Assembly: GCA_964016885.1 (NCBI GenBank)
Contig: OZ024742.1
Location: forward strand, 36,022,001-36,086,000
Origin: Eledone cirrhosa
Lineage: Eukaryota
Length of the DNA stretch: 64,000 nucleotides
Direction: 5' to 3'
Part shown: positions 12,801-24,389 of the stretch, piece by piece
Position numbering within the stretch: position 1 is the first letter of the stretch
Layout: the number at the start of each line of letters is the position of its first letter
Translations under genes and position numbers: made by a program
Notes under the pieces: generated by a model
What the model saw: only the letters and a program-made list of their open reading frames with translations
Databases searched by the model: none
Told to the model about the DNA's origin: nothing

Positions 12801-13040
12801 CCAACACACAGTCCGGAGTGTGTATTTCACCGACACACAGTCCGGAGTGTGTTTCACCGACACACAGTCCGGAGTGTGTTTCACCGACACACAGTCCGGA
12901 GTGTGTGTTTCACCGACACACAGTCCGGAGTGTGTGTTTCACCGACATACAGTCCGGAGTGTGTGTTTCACCGACATACAGTCCGGAGTGTGTGTTTCAC
13001 CGACATACAGTCCGGAGTGTGTGTTTCACCGACACACAGT
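9896..13040. repeat. 29-bp tandem satellite (CCGGAGTGTGTGTTTCACCGACAYACAGT), ~109 units, with a 373-bp higher-order repeat distally
   Basis: Near-identical units with no spacers; the CCAAC variant recurs at 11682, 12055, 12428 and 12801. Confidence 0.97.
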
Positions 13041-13169
13041 CACTGTTTAATTATTGTGAATGCTATTCTGGTCCCGGAACCCGGATTACGGTTGGAATTA
13101 CTTCAGCATTTAATCATCGTTTTCAGATTTGCTGGCGGTGGGAGAGCTGCTGAGATAGTGCTAGCTGAG

Positions 13170-13350
13170 ATGATATTGATGATGGACATGATGATGATGG
13201 TGATGAAATGAACACGACGATGTTGATGATGATGATGATGATAAGGAGGAGTTGGTGGTGGTGGAGTGGATAATGATGATCAGTGATGGTGTGTGATAAT
13301 AATGATGCTAATGATGATGATGATGATGATGATGATGATGCTAATGATGT

Positions 13351-13386
<36 letters not shown>

Positions 13387-13640
13387 GGAGGAGGAGGAGG
13401 AGGAGGAGGAGTAGTCGATGATGATGATGTTAGTGCTGGTGGGGATAATAATGATGGTAGTGATGATGTAGATGATGATGATAATGGTATGATGACAGCT
13501 ACCATGACGATGATAAATAGTGTTGACTGTGATGATAATGACGATGATGATGATGATGACGATGACGACGATGATCATGGTGAGGATGATGATAATGATG
13601 ATGATGCCAGTACTCAATATATGATGACGTTGATGTACGA
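13170..13640. repeat. Degenerate (GAT)n/(GAG)n microsatellite
   Basis: Read directly. Confidence 0.9.
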
Positions 13641-13742
13641 CAATAGTGACTTTCTGTGCATTACACAGCGCCACTCCATTTGAACATTTGAAACATAAAT
13701 TCTGTCTCTAAGTGGATCTAGACAGCAATTACACACACACAC

Positions 13743-13921
<179 letters not shown>

Positions 13922-13966
13922 TATTGATGCTCTGAAATAGCGATGTATACATGAATGTATGTATAG

Positions 13967-14034
<68 letters not shown>

Positions 14035-14101
14035 CAAGGTTTAGCAAATAAGAAAAAGTTTTAAAATAAATTTTAAAAAGTTCACTCTACCTACTATATT
14101 T

Positions 14102-14185
14102 ACTCTTACCGCGAGGTTTCAAGTCTCAAAATAAATGGATAATCCATGCGGAAATTCATTGAGAAGAAGACTTTCGTCAGAGGGT
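14102..14185 (-). ncRNA. Type I hammerhead ribozyme (family H)
   Basis: ACCCU CUGACGA AAGUCUU...GAGACUU GAAA CC-UCGC-GG UA AGAGU (one stem I mismatch). Confidence 0.8.
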
Positions 14186-14310
14186 TCTTCTCACTCGGAG
14201 AATATAAAATTCCCGAGTTCAAATCACGAACTGGCGCCATACAGAACTATTCCCGGATGAGAGTGTATGATGAAGAAACAATTTTGTCTAGTGCGGTCCG
14301 AGTGAGAAGA

Positions 14311-14394
14311 ACCCTCTGACGAAAGTTTTCTTCTCAATGGATTTCCGCATGGATTATCCATTTATTTTGAGACTTGAAACCTCGCGGTAAGGGT
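14311..14394 (+). ncRNA. Type I hammerhead ribozyme (family H)
   Basis: ACCCT CTGACGA AAGTTTT...GAGACTT GAAA CC-TCGC-GG TA AGGGT; GUA triplet. Confidence 0.88.
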
Positions 14395-14579
14395 AATTAC
14401 AGCAGGTACAGTGAACTTTTTAAAATTTATTTTAAAACTTTTTCTTATTTGCTAAACATTGATTATATATGTTCTGGCTCGTTAATTTATTAACCTGCCA
14501 TAGAACAACAATGGCATACGGTTGGATAATACATGTGTCCCTATATAACATATATATACATATATATATGTATATACAT

Positions 14580-14622
<43 letters not shown>

Positions 14623-14671
14623 TATGTATATATGTATATATGTATTTATATATATATATATTTATTTATAC

Positions 14672-14708
<37 letters not shown>

Positions 14709-14831
14709 TATGTATATATGTATATATGTATTTATATATATATATTTATTTATACGTATATATATATATATATATATATATGAATATGTATATATGTATA
14801 TATGTATTTATATATATATATTTATTCATAC

Positions 14832-14881
<50 letters not shown>

Positions 14882-15600
14882 CTTTATTTATTTTTCCGTT
14901 CTAGAACTTTTCTCCACTCGTTTATCTATATTAATTCTTCATGTGAAATGTTATGCTCCCACGCATCCTTCCCTTCATACAAGGTTATATTTTAACCCGA
15001 CCTCATGCTATTCATAATAGCATCTGGCTTCTTTACACCTGTTTCCATGTTTGAGATTCATACAATTTTATGAAAATGTTTACACACTCATCGCTCTAAT
15101 TTATTTCATAGCATGTTTTATATATACTTGTAGAAAAACCACCCTTCGGGTGGTTTTTCTGCTAGTATGTGTAGTTTGCATATTGATATTATACGTAAGT
15201 ATATATACATGTAGATATGATACATCAAATACAATCGTAATTGACAATATACACAGAAATTGAACGAAGACTGCGTTACACTGTCTTATGTAATCAGTAA
15301 CGTGATCTATGATACATTAAAAAAAGACGATATTATATATAAACTGCATTAGGACAAAATTAGTGACGGAAATATATGAATGTTTATTTAAGCGATCGCT
15401 AACCGGGAGTGTTGACATTTGAAAATTTTAAAGAAGTGAATCTTTAAATAAGGAATAAAATATATTTAATCAACAGCTACGAAATTTAGTAGATAAATTG
15501 TGTAATATTCATTCATTATTTATTCAAAGTAATCCAACTTATTTTACTAACTGGATTAAAAGAAATAAACCGTACCCAGTCTCCCACTACTTACCTTATT

Positions 15601-15669
<69 letters not shown>

Positions 15670-15692
15670 ATTTATATATACCCCCCCCCCTT

Positions 15693-16135
15693 CATATCTC
15701 AGTCCTTGGTACCCTTTAACATCACGGATTACAGGCCTCGCGCACCAAGACTGAGCAGTGTCTGATTTTCTGCATTGGGAGCAGTTTCCCTAATGGTCTC
15801 AACTCCTCAATTTCTTTAATCTTCCACGCATTCGCTCGTGCTTACTTTTATACTCCTAGCCACTGTCCGCTGCCACACAGGCGCGCCTACATTCACCCCA
15901 TTGTTTCTTAAGGCTCTGTTATGGTCAGAAGCACACACTTCTACAGCTTATACAGACCAACAAAATATGCACACACTTCTACATTTACCTTCACAGCTCT
16001 GTACACACACACACACACACACACACACAGCCCCTTATATACACACATTTTCTTACAGCTTCGTACTTACAATCACGCACACACTCTCTTGTACTTACAT
16101 ATAAACACATATATCCTCTTGGAACGTACGGACGT
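15693..16135 (+). mobile_element. 5'-truncated Penelope-like element (GIY-YIG C-terminus plus 3' tail)
   Basis: ISVLGTL*HHGLQASRTKTEQCLIFCIGSSFPNGLNS; homologous in reverse to ~57030-57470. Confidence 0.75.
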
Positions 16136-16178
16136 ATACCCCCCCCCCCCACACACACACCTACACGTACAGCTCTAT

Positions 16179-16455
16179 ATGTCACTTACTTCTTTTTTCA
16201 GCAAAAGAAGGGAGATAAGCTGACATATCTGTTTCACACTGTTGGTATAAGAATCCAGCCTCTATAATTTTCGGCAAAGGTCGGCGAGTGCTAGTCTCTG
16301 ATGAACACCAACAGTGTGAAACAGATCTGTCAGCTTATCTCCCTACCTTTGCTGAAAAAAGAAGTAAGTGACATCGTCACCACTTTAAAATAATAGCGCA
16401 AGGTCTTCAAAATGTTTTTAATTAAACATACAGTATATTGCTAAATATACTATAC
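16179..16455. mobile_element. Inverted-repeat HHR element, family I (arms 16179-16246 and 16307-16374, plus tail)
   Basis: Arms of ~68 bp; a diverged relative lies at ~52835-53030. Confidence 0.8.
16293..16335 (+). ncRNA. Type I hammerhead ribozyme (family I)
   Basis: AGTCT CTGATGA ACAC-CAACA-GTGT GAAA CAGATCTG TC AGCT; GUC triplet; stem I has a bulge. Confidence 0.8.
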
Positions 16456-16477
16456 ATACATATATATATATATATAT

Positions 16478-16732
16478 ATTTAATTAGAAAGTGAAAAACA
16501 CAAAATATAACTACTCCATTACCAAAGGTTTCTGGATCCTAGACAATCATAATACACGTCTGGATTGGTCGTGAGACAGAGGACCGACCCAGACGTATAA
16601 TATTATTGTCTAGGATCCAGAAACCTTTGGTAATGGAGTAGTTATATTTTGTTTTGTTCACTTTCTAATTAAATAGCTCTGTTCTATACATAGAGCACTC
16701 TTTTTTCTTTGCCTTTCCTTCGGAATTACCTA
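16478..16732. mobile_element. Fold-back element (hairpin 16478-16674 plus tail) with only the 3' half of an HHR
   Basis: Arms of ~90 bp; GAAA CC-TTT-GG TA present, CUGANGA absent; (TA)n-rich flanks. Confidence 0.65.
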
Positions 16733-16740
16733 ACACACAC

Positions 16741-17262
<522 letters not shown>

Positions 17263-17345
17263 TTAAAAGAATAGAGGTGTAACACAAGAGTTGTGATATA
17301 TTGGTAAAAGGAAAAGAAAATGCTGACAAATTGTTCATATATCTC

Positions 17346-17409
<64 letters not shown>

Positions 17410-17410
17410 C

Positions 17411-17465
<55 letters not shown>

Positions 17466-17466
17466 C

Positions 17467-17500
<34 letters not shown>

Positions 17501-17855
17501 TGGTAAAAGGAAAAGAAAATGCTGACAAATTGTTCCCATTGAAAAATAGTTTAATTAGGAATAAGTAAAAATTAGTAATAAGTATTGGTTAGTATTCAGT
17601 TTTAGTTTAGCTTTTACCGGTTGCGCATTTCTAATGCTTTTCAAAAATAATTTGATGTTTGCTCTAATCGGATTAGAGCAAACATCACGGGCGCTCTATC
17701 TCAATATTTGTTTTGAAAAGCATTAGAAATGCGCTACCGGTAAAAACTTAAAACTAAAACTGAATACTAACCAATACTTATTACTAATTTTTACTTATTC
17801 CTAATTTAATTATTTTTCACTGGGAACAATTTGTCAGCATTTTCTTTTCCTTTTA

Positions 17856-17946
<91 letters not shown>

Positions 17947-17947
17947 G

Positions 17948-18024
<77 letters not shown>

Positions 18025-18051
18025 GCACATATATATATATACACACACATG

Positions 18052-18117
<66 letters not shown>

Positions 18118-18127
18118 GAGATATATG
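17263..18127. mobile_element. Large fold-back element (core 17498-17862) whose symmetry extends through flanking microsatellites
   Basis: Arms of ~150 bp, an internal perfect hairpin tgatgtttgctctaatc/gattagagcaaacatca, and catatatctcattat (~17336) mirrored by ataatgagatatatg (~18113). Confidence 0.75.
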
Positions 18128-18168
18128 TTTACAAACTGTGAGACTTTACGTCCTATAGAATGGAAATA

Positions 18169-18247
18169 GCTTTCTGAAGAGTGGATCTTTCCATTGGAAG
18201 TCGTTTGGATTCCCAATCTTTTGAGAGGCGAAACCGTCGGTAAAAGC
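18169..18247 (+). ncRNA. Type I hammerhead ribozyme (family L, copy 1)
   Basis: GCTTT CTGAAGA GTG...GGC GAAA CC-GTC-GG TA AAAGC; stem II base weakened relative to copy 2. Confidence 0.75.
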
Positions 18248-18646
18248 ATTTTGGACAGGTAAATATTTAAATCGTATTTTAATTTATTGAAAAGATTGTT
18301 TAATGTTTACTTGTTCCGCTCATCTCAATTTTATAGTTCTGGTATCTCAAATTAATACCATTGAACAACAAATGTATTATAGACACCCTATATATTTCCG
18401 TGGGTACTTAGTACCTGTGGAGATATTAATCTCATTTTATGTATGTTCTTCCATATGTGTAGAGAAAAAAGCGTTGTACCTAACTGCTATTTTTAGTAGC
18501 GTGACAAACAACATGTCTATAACATTCCCGCTTTTACTAACGACCAGTTTATGTGTTGGTCATTTTAACGACCTGACCTTACGCTAGCTGGCAGTAGGCG
18601 ATATATTTACTTACTGTGAGACTTTACGTCCTATAGAATGGAAATA

Positions 18647-18725
18647 GCTTTCTGAAGAGCCGATCTTTCCATTGGAAGTCCTTTGGATTTCCAATCTTTT
18701 GAGAGGCGAAACCGTCGGTAAAAGC
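18647..18725 (+). ncRNA. Type I hammerhead ribozyme (family L, copy 2)
   Basis: GCTTT CTGAAGA GCC...GGC GAAA CC-GTC-GG TA AAAGC; loop II holds small hairpins; predicted cut after 18720. Confidence 0.88.
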
Positions 18726-18804
18726 ATTTTGGATAGGTAAATATTTAAATCGTATTTTAATTTATTTAAAAGATTGTTTAATATTTACTTGTCCCGCTCA
18801 TCTC

Positions 18805-18887
<83 letters not shown>

Positions 18888-18888
<1 letters not shown>

Positions 18889-19374
18889 CGAAGGAAATGT
18901 GGTAAGGAACCAGGTGGACCATAACGCACCAAAGTACTCTATACTTGGGGTAGTAGAGTGGGTAATAGGAACCAGTAAGACCCCGACAGCTGAGCTCAAG
19001 CCGTTTCGACGGCTAATTCTGGACTAAATGAAAATTTATCCTGGTATTTAAATATTCTACCTACCGTTTCGACTTCCTCCCCTCCCCCTCCCCTGTATCT
19101 TCTTTGACCTCATGCCCAGCTGTAGCTGGCACTACAAACGCTTGATTGGGTCTACTCCACCCCCTCCCCTCTTTCTCCTACTGGCAGGTTTAGCCACCAT
19201 CTCCCCTACTAATTTGCAACCACAGAATTACTACCGATTTTTGACAATCACTTTGACCATATATGGAATTACCCCTTGAGAAGATCGGCTATTTAAATAC
19301 CAGGATAAATTTTCATTTAGTCCAGAATTAGCCGTCGAAACGGCTTGAGCTCAGCTGTCGGGGTCTTACTGGTT

Positions 19375-19379
<5 letters not shown>
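18888..19379. mobile_element. Inverted-repeat HHR element, family B (arms ~18965-19054 and ~19290-19379)
   Basis: Apparently perfect ~90-bp arms; the left arm has an extra tail and lacks the 5' core; (TA)n on both sides. Confidence 0.85.
19271..19364 (+). ncRNA. Type I hammerhead ribozyme with U3:A8 core (family B)
   Basis: ACCCC TTGAGAA GA(T)CGGCTA...TAGCCGTC GAAA CGGCT-TGAGCTC-AGCTG TC GGGGT; GUC triplet. Confidence 0.8.
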
Positions 19380-19418
<39 letters not shown>

Positions 19419-19503
19419 TGTGTGTGTGTATGCGCGTATATATATGTGTGTGTGTGTATACATATGTACATTCAGACCAAAATACACACACACGCACACA
19501 ACG

Positions 19504-19605
<102 letters not shown>

Positions 19606-20040
19606 ATATCCTTAATATCATTAATATTTTTATTTTAATAATACATATTAATAAATTCTCTTTTTTTTTTTCGCACATATTATTAAACCCTTCAATACAT
19701 AAACATAAATTAATACTATTCCTAATTCCTTTTTCTTCAATCATAAAGATCAACATCCATAAACCTCATTAACTTTTAATTTCAAAATCTTTTTAAATTA
19801 TCTATTATCTTCCAACGGTTTTTTATTTCTCTCTGTGAGACAATGTTTTCTCAGTTGTAAAGCCTATTTCTCTCTCTCTATCATTCATTTCTCCTCCTCT
19901 CTCATCCTTCCTTCTTATACTCCTCCCCCACCATCCTTTATTTTCTTTCTTCCTCTTCCTTACCTTTTCCTACCCCTCCCCCTCATTTTTACCCAATCTC
20001 ATATATCCATCTTACTTTTAAGCTTCATATCATGTCTCCC

Positions 20041-20111
20041 TATTTTATCTGATGAGAACGCAGATATCATCCCATGATGATATTTGTTTTTGAAATGCGC
20101 ATAATAAAATA
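20041..20111 (+). ncRNA. Type I hammerhead ribozyme
   Basis: TATTTTAT CTGATGA GAACGCAGATATCATC-CCAT-GATGATATTTGTTTTT GAAA TGCGCA TA ATAAAATA: 8-bp stem I, palindromic ATGCGCAT. Confidence 0.85.
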
Positions 20112-20637
20112 CTTGGAACTCTTTTAACCATCTTTTGATCTTATATTATATATATATATATACTAGCAGTGGTACCCGGCGTTGCACGGGATAAGGTATT
20201 TTGGAACGCGGGCCACCAACAGACCTAATCGGGGAAAAACTGCATGCCTCGACAATATGTAAAGAAAATAAACCGAATACTCTGTTGGCTGGATAATCTA
20301 AGATTTTCCTTGATGAAGCAGGGAAAAGGCAGGTTTTCACCTAATGCTGGCCCTAGGGGATCAAGAGAATGAATTTTCGGGAAAATCGGCTAGACGTAAA
20401 CGCCTCAAAAAAGCCCTATAAAGCTAAAAGAAATGAAGTTTTTTACCTAATGCGGGCCGGGCCCTAGGCCATAAAAAAAAGTTGGATTTTCTTTGCTCAC
20501 GGTATGAAGAAGAGACTGACTAATACATAGTTATAATTTCAAGGAAATCGGTTTGACGTAACGCTTCAAAAAACCCCTAAAAAGCTGGAAAAAGGCAGTT
20601 TTCCACCTAATGCGGGCCCTAGGAGATAAAAAATTAT

Positions 20638-21623
20638 AATTATACCGACCCGGATGCTCTCCAGGTGGCATTTTCGAGGCATCAATTACCACATTAAAAT
20701 TGGCTGTGATATCTATCTGCTTCCAAGGGGCATACTTGAAGCTAATGACATAGCTGATTTTTGTGTGCAGAATGTCTTGCAATTTCCTTATAAGCTCGAC
20801 ATTGGTACCGGGTGAAATGGAGTTTCTCATGGCTGCCTGCTCGTTGACATTCCCAACAAAGTACAGCTGAAGAAATTGAGGTTCTTGATTGGCGGCAGGT
20901 TGGAGGGATCCGATTCTATGGTACACCTGATATTGAACCTTAAATGTGGGCATAAATCCGCCTTCCTTGACAATGTTCGCCCCGAAAGATGTCATTTGGA
21001 AAGCACAGTTATACCTCCGGATGTAAGTCAGGAAATGCCGTGACTCCGCAGTACTGCCTGAATATAGGAGCTTCAACGGTTGTGGTGGATCCTCCAGGGG
21101 ACGTAATTTTACTTTTCCATTTGCACAACACAAGCCAGGTGTTTCTCCGGGCCACTTTTTTGCATTGCAGAAAGAGCATGTCTTTGACATACTCCCAATT
21201 CGCATGTCTGGATGGCCACTGTAATCAAAGTCAGGGTTGTACTCGAATGCTTTCAAGGACCATCGGCCTTGAAATACCCTGTCCAAAGGCCCTTCGTTGA
21301 GCATTACATTGTAGTCGAATGTCTCGTTCTTGCGAGGCCTGTGTAGCTCGCGCAGCAGCAGTATTCGTTGCATCCGTACTCCGACGTCTTTTACTCTGGT
21401 CGTCCGTCTCGGCTGCTCGTGCAACAGAAGTTGATGCGGCATTAGCGGTTCGGCGAATGGTTCGTTGATTGTCTGTTTCAAGTGCTCTTCTGGTGGCAGC
21501 ACGTTTAGCATCTTGCGACCTTCGAATAGCAGATTCCACTGACGATTCGTTTGCCCGCCCTGTTCTTGTTGTTGCTGCTTTCGCAGTTTTTCGGCCAACG
21601 GAGTATCTCTTCCTTCGAGGCAT
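20638..21623 (-). pseudogene. Helitron Rep/helicase N-terminal part, frameshifted near 21270 and truncated before the HUH and helicase domains
   Basis: MPRRKR plus 23-aa ES/ET...R..R repeats (STPR-like), then CSFCNAKKWPGETPGLCCANGKV, FLTYIRRYNCAFQMTSFGA, TFKVQYQVYHRIGSL, PQFLQLYF, GEHPGRYN. Confidence 0.88.
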
Positions 21624-22114
21624 GACCTAAAAGAAGTACAAAGTACAATGAAACTCACTGGTAGAGTAAGGAGTAAACTCGTCAGTGAATTAAAAACCGA
21701 TGCATGTGATTTCCGAATGGGGTATGGATAGGGAGAGGGGTAACAGTAAGAGCAGCGGTTGGAATGAGTGTAAGTTAGTGAATATGTTGTCAGTGACAAA
21801 AATGGCGTAAATGAAACGCCACACGCAAGTACACACACACACTGAAGCACGCAAACGCAGAAACGCACGCAAACTCACACACACACATGTTAATAGATTT
21901 AACTCATAATGGAACCCTGCGCGAACACACACACACACACACACGCACACGCACACATACACACGCGCGCACACACACACATGCACACGTGTTAATTACT
22001 TATAGCTTTCCTTCCACTCTTCCAGCGTCTCTCTCTCTCTCCCGCTATCCCCCTCTTTTAGTATGTCTGTTTCTTTCATTCTCACTCTTTCTCTTTATAA
22101 CCCACTCACATTAA

Positions 22115-22247
22115 TACTAAAGGGTTAAGGTATTGTTCTCAAAATAAATAATATTAAATCTATGAGATTTTTATATTATGTGAGATAAAGCCTTTACCAT
22201 GAAAATAATATAGTATATATAGAGTAATGTAAATGCTAAAGGGTTAA
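22115..22247 (-). mobile_element. Partial piggyBac-like MITE nested in the Helitron
   Basis: AATGCTAAAGGG|TTAA end; reverse complement matches ~55026-55165. Confidence 0.6.
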
Positions 22248-22799
22248 TTCCATCAGACCATGAGAGAGTTTATAATCACTCACGCACACATACACACTCA
22301 CGCATGCAAACGCACACAAACTCACACACACACGCACGTACACACACACGCAATAGTTATTCCACTTTTATGTATCTTTGACGCATACAACTCTCAAAAG
22401 ACGGCGTCTGTCACTCTCTCGCTCCCGCTTATCCCCTCTTTTAGTCTGTCTGTTTCTTTCATTCTCACTCTTTCTCTCTGTAAATCGTTCACATTTCTCC
22501 CCTATATCGAAAAACGCTGTGACGAATAGGGAGAAGCAGGAGGAGGAGTAGAGAGCCACTTCTTCACTTCGCCTCTCCGTTTCTTTCTCTCCCCTCTCAC
22601 TCCCTCATTATATACAGACATTAGCCACTTCACTAATTCGATCCCCAGGTCACAATAATTTGAAATTTGTTTTTGCTCAAAACACTTCCGGGGCCATACG
22701 GGTTACATGTGTAGAGTTTGAAAAAAAACGGTTGGGTACTTCTCGAGTTTTAGGGAAACAGACACACAGACATCCTCTGTTTTATATATATATATATAT

Positions 22800-23020
22800 G
22801 AGTATTTTAAACTTTATTTTATCATGAGTTAAGGCTCCATTGATTTTTCCCTGGATTTCATTAAATTCTGTTGGATAAATCTATATCCTGATTTTTTTGA
22901 ATTGAGTTTGAATTATTTTTCCCACATCTTACGTTAACTATTTTCCCATTTTGACGCTATAGTCACTTATATATTATGGAATACTGTTGGCTTCTTGCTG
23001 CAATAATTTCTATACTTTTC

Positions 23021-23025
<5 letters not shown>
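22800..23025 (+). mobile_element. Truncated, diverged copy of family E (no HHR)
   Basis: Reverse complement aligns to ~6499-6728; (TA)n on both sides. Confidence 0.75.
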
Positions 23026-23070
<45 letters not shown>

Positions 23071-23098
23071 GTGGTTACACAACAGTTAGTTCACCATA

Positions 23099-23138
23099 CC
23101 GAGAACAATTGTTTCACCTTCGCGGATCTTCAGCTCGA
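23099..23138 (-). ncRNA. Minimal type I hammerhead motif
   Basis: UCGAG CUGAAGA UCC-GCGAA-GGU GAAA CAAUUG UU CUCGG; weak stem II, palindromic ACAAUUGU. Confidence 0.7.
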
Positions 23139-23192
23139 GATGTGTATCTTATATATACATATATATTTAATTATATATATATATATATATAT

Positions 23193-23743
23193 ATAAATGG
23201 AATAGAATGAAACGAAATTTCATTTCTCACTCTTAGTAGGGCACTTACTTAAATGCAAGTATGTATGTATACGTACATACATATATGTATACAGACGTAC
23301 AGTAGTATGTATATATATATACATACATGCACACATATATATATGCACGTATCGGTTCACCGAACATTTATTATAATGCTCGGTTTGTTCGTTTGTAAAC
23401 AAACAGCCCGAATTACGCCGTACAGTGTTTAGGCAACCACGTCACCCTTTTGTTCAACACTGACACAGGAACGATGTACTAGTTTCAAGCTTATTAGCTA
23501 TCGTCAGCATCGCATACCTTCCTGCCAGATGGTTGAACGTCTGAAAGTATATACCTTCCTTATGCATATTAACGGCTGAGCAGCCCAATTTGCATATCGA
23601 GTGAGTTCAGTCGGCCGGACACACCGAAAACGATAAATGGAATAGAATGAAACGAAATTTCATTTCTCACTATTAGTACGGCAATTACTTAAATGTAAGT
23701 ATGTATGTATGTATACGTACATACATATATGTATACAGACGTA
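23193..23743 (-). mobile_element. Terminally redundant non-coding HHR element (440-nt unit plus ~107-nt repeat)
   Basis: 23193-23299 matches 23633-23743; single internal HHR; (TA)n on the left. Confidence 0.8.
23472..23512 (-). ncRNA. Minimal type I hammerhead ribozyme
   Basis: CGAUG CUGACGA U-AGCU-AAUA-AGCU-U GAAA CUAG UA CAUCG; palindromic ACUAGU; GUA triplet. Confidence 0.82.
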
Positions 23744-23869
23744 ATGCCAATGTGGTTCAATGGCAGGTTAATAAATTAACGAGCCAGAACATATATAAAC
23801 AAGGTTTAGCAAATAATGAAAAAGTTTCAAAATAAATTTTAAAAAATTGACTTTACCTACTATAGTTAC

Positions 23870-23871
<2 letters not shown>
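23741..23871 (-). mobile_element. Family H tail fragment
   Basis: Reverse complement of ~14392-14520. Confidence 0.75.
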
Positions 23872-23960
<89 letters not shown>

Positions 23961-24157
23961 GAGAAGAAAGAAGAATACTGCGTGGTTTGCACATGGGTTA
24001 CATATGATAAAAATAGTCCTTCGTCAGTGATTTTCCAACCATCATTGGTATTTCATCGCATTAAAAATCAGATACCTCAGGTTGGTACGAGAAATAATCT
24101 AAAAAAAGTTATTGGGATCAGTAAGCGCGTAAAGCGAGGGGGACAGTGAACAACATA

Positions 24158-24217
<60 letters not shown>

Positions 24218-24389
24218 CATTTAAACGGTAATAGATTTTCTCGCCCATATACCACGCAGTAAGAGATTCCAATTCAGAATTATGGCTTCCATTTTTGTTA
24301 ACCCTTTTCTCTCCTGGGAAAATTATGGTGGCCTTCTCATATATAAACATTAAAGATCTTCTATAAATATCAAGTGGCCTGTCTAGCCA

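Larger units (their letters stand above)
14033..14535. mobile_element. Inverted-repeat HHR element, family H (arms ~14033-14199 and ~14297-14464, plus tail)
   Basis: Arms of ~167 bp, each with a full HHR; (TA)n flanks; tail recurs inverted at 23741-23871. Confidence 0.85.
18135..18808 (+). mobile_element. Retrozyme-like element: two ~196-bp direct repeats, each with an HHR, 478-nt period (family L)
   Basis: 18135-18330 matches 18613-18808; no convincing ORF; (TA)n nearby on the left and abutting on the right. Confidence 0.85.
20163..22795 (-). mobile_element. Internally deleted Helitron
   Basis: Minus-strand 3' end CCCG-TGCAACGC-CGGG hairpin then CTAG|T; 5' end (TA)n-AAAACAGAGGATGTCTGTGTGTC (exact start hidden in TA); Rep N-terminal coding remnant; ~95-bp subterminal repeats at ~20320-20640. 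Confidence 0.85.

Noticed and set aside
9896-13040. CRISPR array (29-bp repeat with GTTTCA and a hairpin)
   Set aside because: Units are head-to-tail with no unique spacers, there are no cas genes, and the context is eukaryotic.
9884-13211. 800-1100 aa Cys/His-rich ORFs
   Set aside because: A stop-free 29-bp unit gives the same peptide in all three frames; satellite artefact.
13041-13674. Host exon with poly-Ser or poly-Asp
   Set aside because: Mostly (GAT)n; no recognisable domain or supportable splice structure.
15132-15160. Rho-independent terminator
   Set aside because: Eukaryotic context with no upstream gene; the T-run is part of the stem.
23970-24030. Hammerhead on the minus strand (CUGACGAAGGAC...)
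   Set aside because: No closing stem II or GAAA; at best a decayed relic.
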